A stretch of DNA of 51,993 nucleotides, from the IMG/VR virus record IMGVR_UViG_3300024265_000007, positions 1 through 51,993 of that record. One strand, given 5' to 3'. Both the position numbers and the translations under genes were made by a program. Origin of the DNA: a virus. Taxonomy: Duplodnaviria > Caudoviricetes. The notes under the pieces are model-generated. The model was not told the origin of the DNA. It did not search any database and was given only the letters and a program-made list of their open reading frames with translations. Below are positions 1-7,620 of this stretch, piece by piece (the stretch's first letter is position 1; every line of letters begins with the position of its first letter).

Positions 1-127
1 AATCTACTTGGATGCTTTTGCCATCGACCAATTCATAACAAGCGCCCAAATCATCATCCAATTGCCAATAATAATTTAGATTATTCCACCTACCGTAATC
101 CAAGATATATTGACGAGCGTAAGAGAT
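1..127. repeat. End overlap, copy 1 (identical to 51867-51993); circular-assembly overlap
   Basis: Bases 1-127 (aatctacttgg...cgtaagagat) match the last 127 bases, and one reading frame runs through the junction. Confidence 0.97.
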
Positions 128-1648
128 TCCTTGCCCCGATAACGGTAAACTTAATATTTCGGCTTCTGGGTATTCTAATCTATATTCATCAATTTCATCT
201 GGTTCCACTACTAAAGTATAACCAATGCCTTGTTTATCCAGGCGTGATGGTGTTGTGGCTATACCGGCCCGTCCTTTTGATAATATGAATATTGTATATT
301 GTATTGTTTTTGATGGTTCTTGGTGTCCTGTAATCAATTCGGCAACACTCTCAATATGCCGTCCCTCTTCAACAAACGGCTTATTATAAGCATATATCAC
401 ATTCCCATCACCATCTAATCGCAAAGGCACTAGCACACCCCCAAAGTACCGGGACGGGCTTGCCCATGATTTTGTGTTATTCCAAGTGTCAAGCAAGAAA
501 TCATACATACTTTGGTATTGCCGTTTGGCACGTTCTCTAGTTGTGCCAGAATTAAATCCTATTGCTTTTTTGAACCCCAATTCTTTTGACCATGCCGCCT
601 TATCTGCAATATCATCCCATGACACCACACCGTTGCGCTTGGCTATCAAAATCGCCTCTGCAAAATGCCCGCGTACATAATTACCCAACACGCCATCGCT
701 CGGCAAGCCACAACAGCCAGCATCGCAACTCTTTTCTTTGTGGTGGGCATCACTCACAAATAACTTCAGGTTATACCGCTCGACAAGCTCCTGCATGTGT
801 TCAACATAGGGACGTTTCAAATCATAATTAAGTCGCATATAGCCGGGTGTTTTGGAGTGCCGCCTATAGTATTGGAATAGATTGTAACCGCACTGCCCAC
901 TAATTGCATCATACCTGATGTGGTGGTTTGGTGTGGTGCGTTTTTCTATACAAAGAAACTCCAAGCTCACAGAAAAAGCGCCGTTATCTGCCGCCTGTTG
1001 GAATAACTCATCTACACACAAATCAGACACCCCAATAATGTAAGGCCTCAATCGTAATGTAACACGATTAGCGCCCAATAACTCCGATGCCTTCCGCATG
1101 GCTTCAAAACGTTCTGACGGCGTTGCACAACCCGCCTCCAATACACTTGCCTTCTGCTCATCCGTCGTAATGATAGTGAATTTGATATGCACATTATCAG
1201 CACCGCGCAACACATCAATATATTCAGGGTCATCTAGCCACCACGCACCTTTAGTGCTGATAGAAATAGGATAATTGATCTCGCAGAAAAACCTTAGTAA
1301 TTCCAATGATTTACGAAATCGCTGCTCATACCAGTCGAAAGCATCGGACAAACCACCCCACTGCATCACATAACGCTTTTTAACATATGGGAAAAATTGT
1401 TCGTAGGCAGTACCCACTAGACTTTCGTCCATTGTGAATATTTTTTTAACTTTTTCAACATCAACCGACTTTACCTTGTGGTGCAAATAATCTTTTGCGC
1501 TTTTGCCTACTGCCCGTTGGAAAAACGAAAAACAATACAGGCATTGATGGGCGCAATTAGAGTATGTATCAAATGACAGCGGCATGGAACAATCGGTAAT
1601 CTCTGTTGACCATCTAGGCGATTGGTAATAACCTTTATCCAAATCCAT
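1..1648 (-). CDS. Radical-SAM (SPL-like) / GREB1-TAGT-like glycosyltransferase fusion, 5' part; continues across the junction to the stop at 51397 (705 aa total)
   Basis: Manual translation from ATG 1648 is open to base 1: MDLDKGYYQSPRWSTEITDCSMPLSFDTYSNCAHQCLYCFS (CxxxCxxC at 1532-1555), QWGGLSDAFD, ISTKG, LEAGCATPSERF, LRLRPYI, then YTIFILSKGR...VVEPDEIDEY...GISYARQYI...WQLDDDL. In frame with track ORF 51397..51969 after removing the 127-bp overlap. Confidence 0.9.
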   Translation of the reverse strand, partial: MDLDKGYYQSPRWSTEITDCSMPLSFDTYSNCAHQCLYCFSFFQRAVGKSAKDYLHHKVKSVDVEKVKKIFTMDESLVGTAYEQFFPYVKKRYVMQWGGLSDAFDWYEQRFRKSLELLRFFCEINYPISISTKGAWWLDDPEYIDVLRGADNVHIKFTIITTDEQKASVLEAGCATPSERFEAMRKASELLGANRVTLRLRPYIIGVSDLCVDELFQQAADNGAFSVSLEFLCIEKRTTPNHHIRYDAISGQCGYNLFQYYRRHSKTPGYMRLNYDLKRPYVEHMQELVERYNLKLFVSDAHHKEKSCDAGCCGLPSDGVLGNYVRGHFAEAILIAKRNGVVSWDDIADKAAWSKELGFKKAIGFNSGTTRERAKRQYQSMYDFLLDTWNNTKSWASPSRYFGGVLVPLRLDGDGNVIYAYNKPFVEEGRHIESVAELITGHQEPSKTIQYTIFILSKGRAGIATTPSRLDKQGIGYTLVVEPDEIDEYRLEYPEAEILSLPLSGQGISYARQYILDYGRWNNLNYYWQLDDDLGACYELVDGKSIQVD

Positions 1649-2327
1649 TATCCCACCTATCTATAAACTTGTCGCCGTCAATTTGCGACTTGCGTGCCCC
1701 TTCATGGGCAATGAAGCCATTGCGTTCACCATAAGTCAATATCTTGAGTGCGCGACTTAAATCGTCTCGTGTCTTGAATGTCACATATAGTAAGTGGGCA
1801 TCATTCAGATCGCCTTCCGGTATATCAGGCAATTGATTAGTGTCAAACACCCTATCACCCAAATCAGCCAACAACTCATCCAAATCATCAGCATTAAACG
1901 AACTCGATCCAATCGCAATCTCATCACTATTGGCAAACTCCTGTAATAGTTCCGCCAGGGCAACCGGGTCATCTATACCACTGCGCTGAATATGGTTAAT
2001 TGCCAATCCAAACGCATCAGATTGTAAATCATCCATTTCTGATATATCCAACATGGCCACCTGCCATGTGCCATTCTCCACACGTAGACAACCGGAAGGT
2101 ATCTTGCACTTATCAGGATGCCAACCATCGGCGCGTAAGTTAGTGAGCGCCATGATTGAATGGTTGCCCGCCTTGACAATACCGCGCCATAGGTGACAGG
2201 TGTCATTGAACCCGTGCGTAGAAATACTGTGCATTATTTTCCCGATGTCGCCTTCGTTTGGGTTGCGTTCCCACAACTTGAGGGTTTTAATATCCACCCA
2301 TTTTGTTGGGCTACCATCATGTTCCAT
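1635..2327 (-). CDS. ParB/Srx-like N-terminal domain protein (type found in phage DNA-modification operons)
   Basis: LKLWERNPN...IMHSISTHGF...IVKAGNHSIMAL...AINHI pattern with an acidic tail (F..DDLDELL); overlaps the rSAM-GT start by 14 nt. Confidence 0.75.
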   Translation of the reverse strand: MEHDGSPTKWVDIKTLKLWERNPNEGDIGKIMHSISTHGFNDTCHLWRGIVKAGNHSIMALTNLRADGWHPDKCKIPSGCLRVENGTWQVAMLDISEMDDLQSDAFGLAINHIQRSGIDDPVALAELLQEFANSDEIAIGSSSFNADDLDELLADLGDRVFDTNQLPDIPEGDLNDAHLLYVTFKTRDDLSRALKILTYGERNGFIAHEGARKSQIDGDKFIDRWDNGFG

Positions 2328-2412
2328 GTGTATACTCCATTTAATGCCCTATCATACCACAGGTGCTATAATGGATAAAATCATATCCATCCAAAACGAA
2401 AGGAACAATCAA

Positions 2413-2502
2413 GTGACCGACGAACAGAGTAAGCGAATCAACATCGCCATTACCATCATAATCATTATCATCCTGGCTGCGGGTTGCGGGACGATTGTGT
2501 GA
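2413..2502 (+). CDS. Small single-TM peptide (29 aa), possible lipobox
   Basis: GTG after AAGGA RBS; MTDEQSKRINIAITIIIIIILAAGCGTIV; TGCTATAAT extended -10 at 2364-2372. Confidence 0.4.
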   Translation: MTDEQSKRINIAITIIIIIILAAGCGTIV

Positions 2503-2505
2503 CAT

Positions 2506-2534
2506 TTGCACCCTGACAGATAATACGATACAAT
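2506..2534 (+). promoter_or_regulatory. Sigma70-type promoter
   Basis: TTGCAC-17 nt-TACAAT. Confidence 0.55.
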
Positions 2535-2540
2535 ACAAAC

Positions 2541-2626
2541 ATACCAACGCGGCGTACTAAACGCACATCATCCTACACCCAATAAGCGCCCGTTGCCGAC
2601 CCGACATAATGACATGTCGGGTTTTT
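2541..2626 (+). ncRNA. Putative ~85-nt small RNA
   Basis: ORF-free stretch between a promoter and an intrinsic terminator; stem CAACG-GGCG/CGCC-CGTTG with a C-rich loop. Confidence 0.4.
2599..2626 (+). terminator. Intrinsic terminator
   Basis: ACCCGACAT-AATGAC-ATGTCGGGT followed by TTTT. Confidence 0.7.
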
Positions 2627-2658
2627 GGTTTATTAATGTGGCTCTAATGTATATACCA

Positions 2659-2687
2659 TTGACAAACATCTATACATTTGATATACT
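2659..2687 (+). promoter_or_regulatory. Near-consensus sigma70 early promoter
   Basis: TTGACA-17 nt-TATACT with TG extension. Confidence 0.8.
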
Positions 2688-2724
2688 ATCTATATTGAAC
2701 GCACACAAACACGGAGATGAAACG

Positions 2725-3231
2725 ATGACTAAGCAAGAGCAAATCCAACAAGCAGTAGACACAGCAATCGCAAGTGTACCATTTCAGTATCGCCAGCGTG
2801 ATACCAAGACAACGAAAAAAGCCCTTCGCGAAATCGAAGAACTTGGTTTGACCGAATATCTACCAGTAAATATGCGCGAACATGGCGGCAAATACGCATC
2901 ATCAGTGGCAGCAGTTATCAGAGCGGCAACCTTTGCCGGTAGCTCCAAAATTGCCGGTAGCATGGGTGAAGACGGTAGCAGTTGGGTTGAGACAGATAAG
3001 GCACATGAACTTTACAATCTGTTGAACATGCACGAAGAAGAAGGTAAAGTCATCGTAAGCGCATTCAGCGGACGGCAAATTCCAATCTCACAAGAGACCA
3101 TTGATTATATCGCAAAAGAAGGGCATCTCTCAACCGCAAATTATCGGGAAGGGATTGTCAATAATACACTGGTGGATATGCCGGTAACAAGAGTTACCGT
3201 TGGTCCAAATGTGAACTCAAACCAAATCTAA
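2725..3231 (+). CDS. Hypothetical early protein
   Basis: Start moved to ATG 2725 (after GGAG RBS, downstream of the promoter). Confidence 0.7.
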   Translation: MTKQEQIQQAVDTAIASVPFQYRQRDTKTTKKALREIEELGLTEYLPVNMREHGGKYASSVAAVIRAATFAGSSKIAGSMGEDGSSWVETDKAHELYNLLNMHEEEGKVIVSAFSGRQIPISQETIDYIAKEGHLSTANYREGIVNNTLVDMPVTRVTVGPNVNSNQI

Positions 3232-3306
3232 CCAACGCACCACCACCTCAATCCCGGCAATCATCACACCGGGCTTTTGGCAGTATAAGACGAAAAGGAA
3301 TCAACT

Positions 3307-3897
3307 ATGCGTAAGCCAAAGGTATTAAAAACCGATGAGGCATTAGCATATATAGCTAAGCGGATAGGTTCAAACAAAAGATATAATTTCCACCACATGG
3401 ATACTTGGCGGCGACATGGGCGTATTAAACCATATGAAAGAGTCCTATATGTTGGAAACGTTTACACTATAAGAAGCCTGAACGCATTGGCCGATACGCT
3501 TCCGAAACCATCGCCCAACCCCGAATTGGAGAGTGCAACCCGCGCAGAGCTTATAAGCATATTGCCCAATACCTTGACCGATGCCGAATGGCAAAATGCT
3601 CTCAATTACTTTAATGGCTGCTGTGCTGTATGCGGTAGGCAGTTGAACGATATGTTTGGGCAATTTAGAGCGGCAAAAGATCATTGGATACCATTACAGC
3701 ATGGCAAGGACAACCCCGGCACGGTTGTAAAGAACATTGTTCCATTATGTCATGGTGTTGGAGGATGTAATAACCGTAAATATATTTCAATGCCTAACGA
3801 ATGGTTAAAGCGCAAATTTGGAAGGCGCAAGGCGAAACAGATAGCAGCACGAGTGCAAGCATATTTCGATAGTTTAGTACAGGAGAAACAAACATGA
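3307..3897 (+). CDS. HNH endonuclease with N-terminal HTH-like region
   Basis: CCAVCG...DHWIPL...NIVPLCH...CNNRK; AAGGA RBS. Confidence 0.85.
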   Translation: MRKPKVLKTDEALAYIAKRIGSNKRYNFHHMDTWRRHGRIKPYERVLYVGNVYTIRSLNALADTLPKPSPNPELESATRAELISILPNTLTDAEWQNALNYFNGCCAVCGRQLNDMFGQFRAAKDHWIPLQHGKDNPGTVVKNIVPLCHGVGGCNNRKYISMPNEWLKRKFGRRKAKQIAARVQAYFDSLVQEKQT

Positions 3898-4097
3898 AGC
3901 TACTAACAATCAAGCTGACAGAAATCCAATTCAATGCCCTATATCGGCTTGAGGAAGCCACCGGAAAAAACAAGTCGGAAATAGTGCGCGGACATTTGGC
4001 TGATAATTGCGCGGAACACGGGATTGATTTCCCTGATGATGTCGCAAAGCGTGGTAATCCAACATGGCACAAGTCGCAAATATTAGAGGGAGATTAG
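3894..4097 (+). CDS. Ribbon-helix-helix (CopG/Arc-like) DNA-binding protein
   Basis: LLTIKLTE...LEEATGKNKSEIVR fits the RHH pattern; ATGA overlap. Confidence 0.65.
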   Translation: MKLLTIKLTEIQFNALYRLEEATGKNKSEIVRGHLADNCAEHGIDFPDDVAKRGNPTWHKSQILEGD

Positions 4098-4112
4098 TAA
4101 TTGTCTATACTA

Positions 4113-4141
4113 TTGACAATAGTCCTCTTATCGTCTATACT
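4113..4141 (+). promoter_or_regulatory. Near-consensus sigma70 early promoter with overlapping palindrome
   Basis: TTGACA-17 nt-TATACT; TCTATA-C-TATAGA palindrome at 4134-4146. Confidence 0.8.
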
Positions 4142-4193
4142 ATAGATAGTAAAACAAAAACAAACCGCACACACAAACACGGAGATGAACACG

Positions 4194-4454
4194 ATGAAAG
4201 TTTACACACATGATGGACACACCACATTTATTTTTGGCAATGGCGCTGCACAGATCAATATATTTAACGACTACTATCACGGGCCATCATGGGAATATTG
4301 GCACGCAAACCGCAAGATGAAATCAGGGCGTTGTTTGACAATTGCGACAGCCATTAAAAAAGCTGTCAAAGCGAAGCGGTTGTATAAAGCGACTTATAGC
4401 GGGACATTCCCCGAAATGAGAAAAGCCTCAAAGGTGTGGAATAGTTTCCACTAA
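4194..4454 (+). CDS. Hypothetical protein
   Basis: GGAG RBS; start is 4185 or 4194. Confidence 0.6.
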   Translation: MKVYTHDGHTTFIFGNGAAQINIFNDYYHGPSWEYWHANRKMKSGRCLTIATAIKKAVKAKRLYKATYSGTFPEMRKASKVWNSFH

Positions 4455-4542
4455 CCACCCGCCGCCCCAACCCCAAGCTCGGCACGAGCAGCAACGCCGG
4501 GTTACAGCCAATAAACGGCAAGATCATATATGGGAGAATATC

Positions 4543-5004
4543 ATGAAGAAACAATGTAGCGGTTGCGGAATTAATATCGATGACAATGGCGACAAATATC
4601 AATATTGTGACAAGTGTGAGATAGAGCGTCTTGACCCTAACATTAAGCCCCGTGCGGTTGAATACATCGGCGGCGTTATAGGTTGTTTGCCAAATTACCG
4701 AGGCACTACCGAGTTCCATTTGAAACGGAACGATTGGCAATATGTACAGCATATGGGCAGCGTGCCTGTTTACACCCGTACAGTTGAACCACGTGACCCT
4801 AGTGGCAACATAGCCTTGATAACACTGGATGATTGCATCGTAATTGTGAATGGTAAATTTGAATTGGAAAGCCTATTGACCGACCATCAAACATTTATCG
4901 ATGAGCCTATATTGAGGAACTTACCGGGGCGCATATCATCGTTAACACCGGAGCATCATGACATTATGTTGGATGCAAAGCGTAAAGCAGGATTGATAGA
5001 CTAA
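4543..5004 (+). CDS. Hypothetical protein with N-terminal CxxC-CxxC zinc ribbon
   Basis: CSGC...CDKC; GGAG RBS. Confidence 0.65.
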   Translation: MKKQCSGCGINIDDNGDKYQYCDKCEIERLDPNIKPRAVEYIGGVIGCLPNYRGTTEFHLKRNDWQYVQHMGSVPVYTRTVEPRDPSGNIALITLDDCIVIVNGKFELESLLTDHQTFIDEPILRNLPGRISSLTPEHHDIMLDAKRKAGLID

Positions 5005-5092
5005 CCAACCACCACATAGAACGCCGCAAGCCCGGAAACGGGTTTTTGGCAGTAAACCGGGAATGTTCTCGGAGAATGTAAAGGATGATGTG

Positions 5093-5326
5093 ATGAATCC
5101 ATTAGCATATTTAATAGGCATACCATTGGGATTGTGGGCTTCGGATAATTTACATAAAGTGCCGAAGATAATTGCACGCGAAAAAGAACGCCATGCCGAA
5201 ACAATGGAAACACGCTTTGGCGCAGATCAACAACAGGTAGTAGCACGCCGGGCGTATGAAACAATACGCAGAATTAAAGGGCGCAAAGCACGCGCTGGCT
5301 TCCAATCTCAACGGAGGGAAAAGTGA
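5093..5326 (+). CDS. Hypothetical protein with N-terminal hydrophobic segment
   Basis: AAGGA RBS before ATG 5093; coupled to the next gene. Confidence 0.55.
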   Translation: MNPLAYLIGIPLGLWASDNLHKVPKIIAREKERHAETMETRFGADQQQVVARRAYETIRRIKGRKARAGFQSQRREK

Positions 5327-5508
5327 TGAACGAAACAACACCACCAATTGCGCTAGTGGTCACAATAAGTTTGTTAGGTATAGCGATATTGATAAATTGG
5401 GTCATATTGCTGACAGAATCGAATGGAGGGTTTATTATTTTAGCTATAATAATCTCTGCGCTATTCGGTGCTGCCATTGGCAATTGCCTACATAGGAGGG
5501 CAAAGTGA
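5323..5508 (+). CDS. Small two-TM membrane protein
   Basis: Two hydrophobic helices; GGAGG RBS. Confidence 0.65.
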   Translation: MMNETTPPIALVVTISLLGIAILINWVILLTESNGGFIILAIIISALFGAAIGNCLHRRAK

Positions 5509-5732
5509 TGGCAACAATTCCACAACGAATAAATAAAGGCAACTGTCCGCAGCGAGAGTTAGACAAGGTGCTGGCCCAATTGGTGGCATATTTTGAGAAC
5601 GCAATAAAGTTAGATGAAGATCAACCTTCATGTTGCGGCGAAACCACAAAACTGCGAAGCGGCTATGCCGGTGGTGAGTTGATTTGGTTGTGCAAACGAT
5701 GTGCAAGTGAGGCATTAGACCCGAAGAGGTAA
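5505..5732 (+). CDS. Small zinc-ribbon protein
   Basis: SCCG...CKRC; AGGAGG RBS. Confidence 0.6.
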   Translation: MMATIPQRINKGNCPQRELDKVLAQLVAYFENAIKLDEDQPSCCGETTKLRSGYAGGELIWLCKRCASEALDPKR

Positions 5733-5735
5733 GCC

Positions 5736-5945
5736 ATGAAGCTACGAGACGAATCGCAATTCTGCCCACACTGCGGCCAACATTGGGCGCTATGCCAACC
5801 CTACGACCCGGACGCAACCGGGCCACCGACGAAATGGATATGTACCGCTACACGAGACGAACGAGAACGCCCCGACAAGCCCGGTAATTATGACTTGCAA
5901 CGTCCGGCGGGCAACTTTTACGAATGGCTGAACGAGCAGCTTTAG
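5736..5945 (+). CDS. Small Cys-containing hypothetical protein
   Basis: CPHC; GAGG RBS. Confidence 0.55.
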   Translation: MKLRDESQFCPHCGQHWALCQPYDPDATGPPTKWICTATRDERERPDKPGNYDLQRPAGNFYEWLNEQL

Positions 5946-5958
5946 AGGAGTGTAGACG

Positions 5959-6705
5959 ATGAATACATATCTTGCATATAGCGGTGGCAAGGACAGTACC
6001 GCTATGGCGTTGTTAATGCCCGATGCGATTCCGGTGTTTACTGATACAGGCTGGGAATTTGATGAAATCTATAACCAGATGGATAAATTCGAGGAAGTAA
6101 CCGGACGGGAAATAATACGCATTGTTCCAGATGAAACTTTACCGGAATATATCAGACGTTCAAAATTTTTGCCAGGGCATCGGGCACGATTCTGTACACG
6201 AATTTTTAAGATAGAACAGTATAATACCTGGATTGCTTTACAAGCTGCGAAAAACAAACATGTGGATATGTGTATTGGGCTGAGGGCTGATGAAGATAAA
6301 AGAGTTGGTAATATATCGGAAATTGAAGGTGTGAATATCCGTTATCCGTTACAAGAAAAGGGGGTCGATAAATTTGAAGTTATTAGAACATGCTTGGATT
6401 ATAACCTTTTACCTCGCTATCCTGTTTATATGGCTCGTGGTGGGTGTAAGGGATGTTACTACAAGCGCAAGGCAGAAGTTAAGGCGATGGTGCAATTATG
6501 TCCCGATGTGTTGGATGGATTACAGGACATAGAGGAAGAAGTCCAAGACGAACGCGGGCGATTTGCATTCATGTTTCCCAATATCAACATGAGTATTCGA
6601 GATTTGCGGCGGCAACCAGCGTTATTCGATATGACAGAAGTTTATCAGAGCGCCTCGCAACGTGCCGATTACGGGCGCAATTGCGGCGCATTTTGCGGAA
6701 GGTAA
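5959..6705 (+). CDS. PAPS-reductase-family (PP-loop, DndC-like) protein
   Basis: YSGGKDSTAM PP-loop, DTGWE, RFCTRIFK, GLRADE, RGGCKGC. Confidence 0.88.
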   Translation: MNTYLAYSGGKDSTAMALLMPDAIPVFTDTGWEFDEIYNQMDKFEEVTGREIIRIVPDETLPEYIRRSKFLPGHRARFCTRIFKIEQYNTWIALQAAKNKHVDMCIGLRADEDKRVGNISEIEGVNIRYPLQEKGVDKFEVIRTCLDYNLLPRYPVYMARGGCKGCYYKRKAEVKAMVQLCPDVLDGLQDIEEEVQDERGRFAFMFPNINMSIRDLRRQPALFDMTEVYQSASQRADYGRNCGAFCGR

Positions 6706-6717
6706 GGCACACAACCA

Positions 6718-6939
6718 ATGGGCGAAATGTGGAAAGTTAGAAGCGGGCAGCGTGTGGCTTGCTTGGATTGCAGGCACGAGAAACCACTTGAAAGTTTCTA
6801 TTTTTGCGGGTTGCGTTATCCGATATGTGGTGTGTGCAATATGAAAACGCACGCGCCAGTCAGACAACCGGTGCAAAGTGACGTGCATTCGTTCAGGCGC
6901 AAGTTCAGTGAATTGGGATTAGTGAAGGGTAGGGAGTGA
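6718..6939 (+). CDS. Small zinc-ribbon protein
   Basis: CLDC...CGVC. Confidence 0.5.
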   Translation: MGEMWKVRSGQRVACLDCRHEKPLESFYFCGLRYPICGVCNMKTHAPVRQPVQSDVHSFRRKFSELGLVKGRE

Positions 6940-7235
6940 TGAATTTTATGGAGCATATAAAACGATGGGCTGTATCATATACGTTCCCGGTAGGCGATGA
7001 ATTTGCACAATGGGTGGAATCTATCACCCCCAACGTGCGGGTATGGTTGTTGGCGGAAACCGATAGCACATGGGTTCAAGGCTTTATAATTGTTGACCCT
7101 GACGAATGGTTTGGTAATTGGATGGTCGATTACGAAAAGGGAACGTTCGCATATCAACAGCCCCATCCTGATTTATTGTTTTTGCCGCAACCGTTGGGCA
7201 TATTCAAAATCAGTTATTACACAGGAGGGGAATAA
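6936..7235 (+). CDS. Hypothetical protein
   Basis: ORF coupled to the upstream gene by a GTGA overlap. Confidence 0.55.
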   Translation: MMNFMEHIKRWAVSYTFPVGDEFAQWVESITPNVRVWLLAETDSTWVQGFIIVDPDEWFGNWMVDYEKGTFAYQQPHPDLLFLPQPLGIFKISYYTGGE

Positions 7236-7239
7236 CGTC

Positions 7240-7449
7240 ATGACAGATGAAGCACGTAGTTGGAACGAATTGCAGCAAGAGAACGCCCGGCTAAGAAATG
7301 ACAATGCTTCACTTTTGACGCAAGTTGCCCAGATGAGACAGACCATCGCCAACTATGAGCAGGCTATGAAAGTGTCCGGGCAAGTGGATGGTAGTCCGCA
7401 TTTGAAGAGTGTTGGTTTGCGAACACGGGCCTACCAACGCAAGCCATAA
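7240..7449 (+). CDS. Small coiled-coil protein
   Basis: AGGAGG RBS before ATG 7240; ELQQENARLRNDNASL heptads. Confidence 0.6.
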   Translation: MTDEARSWNELQQENARLRNDNASLLTQVAQMRQTIANYEQAMKVSGQVDGSPHLKSVGLRTRAYQRKP

Positions 7450-7620
7450 TCCACCTCCCCCACTGCCACCGGGCAAGCGCAGAAACGCACGCTAGGCGCT
7501 GTGAGAGACGATTAGGGCGACGCAACGGGGTAATTGTGTACAAAGTGGTGTGTGTGGGATATACGTGGTTTAAAACAGATGATGATAATGATGTGTAAGT
7601 AATCACGAAATGGAGACGAA

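Noticed and set aside
1-127. Biological direct terminal repeat
   Set aside because: It lies inside a coding sequence and has a typical assembler overlap length.
1-1634. Apparent gene-poor region suggesting stop-codon recoding or a long ncRNA
   Set aside because: Fully explained by one standard-code minus-strand ORF running off the contig end. Track ORFs 474..680, 586..831 and 1048..1233 are shadows of it.
2593-2724. N-terminal extension of ORF 2593..3231 (likewise 10547, 15290, 16156, 20776 and 46273 starts)
   Set aside because: The extensions run through terminators, promoters or upstream genes; downstream starts have better RBS or coupling.
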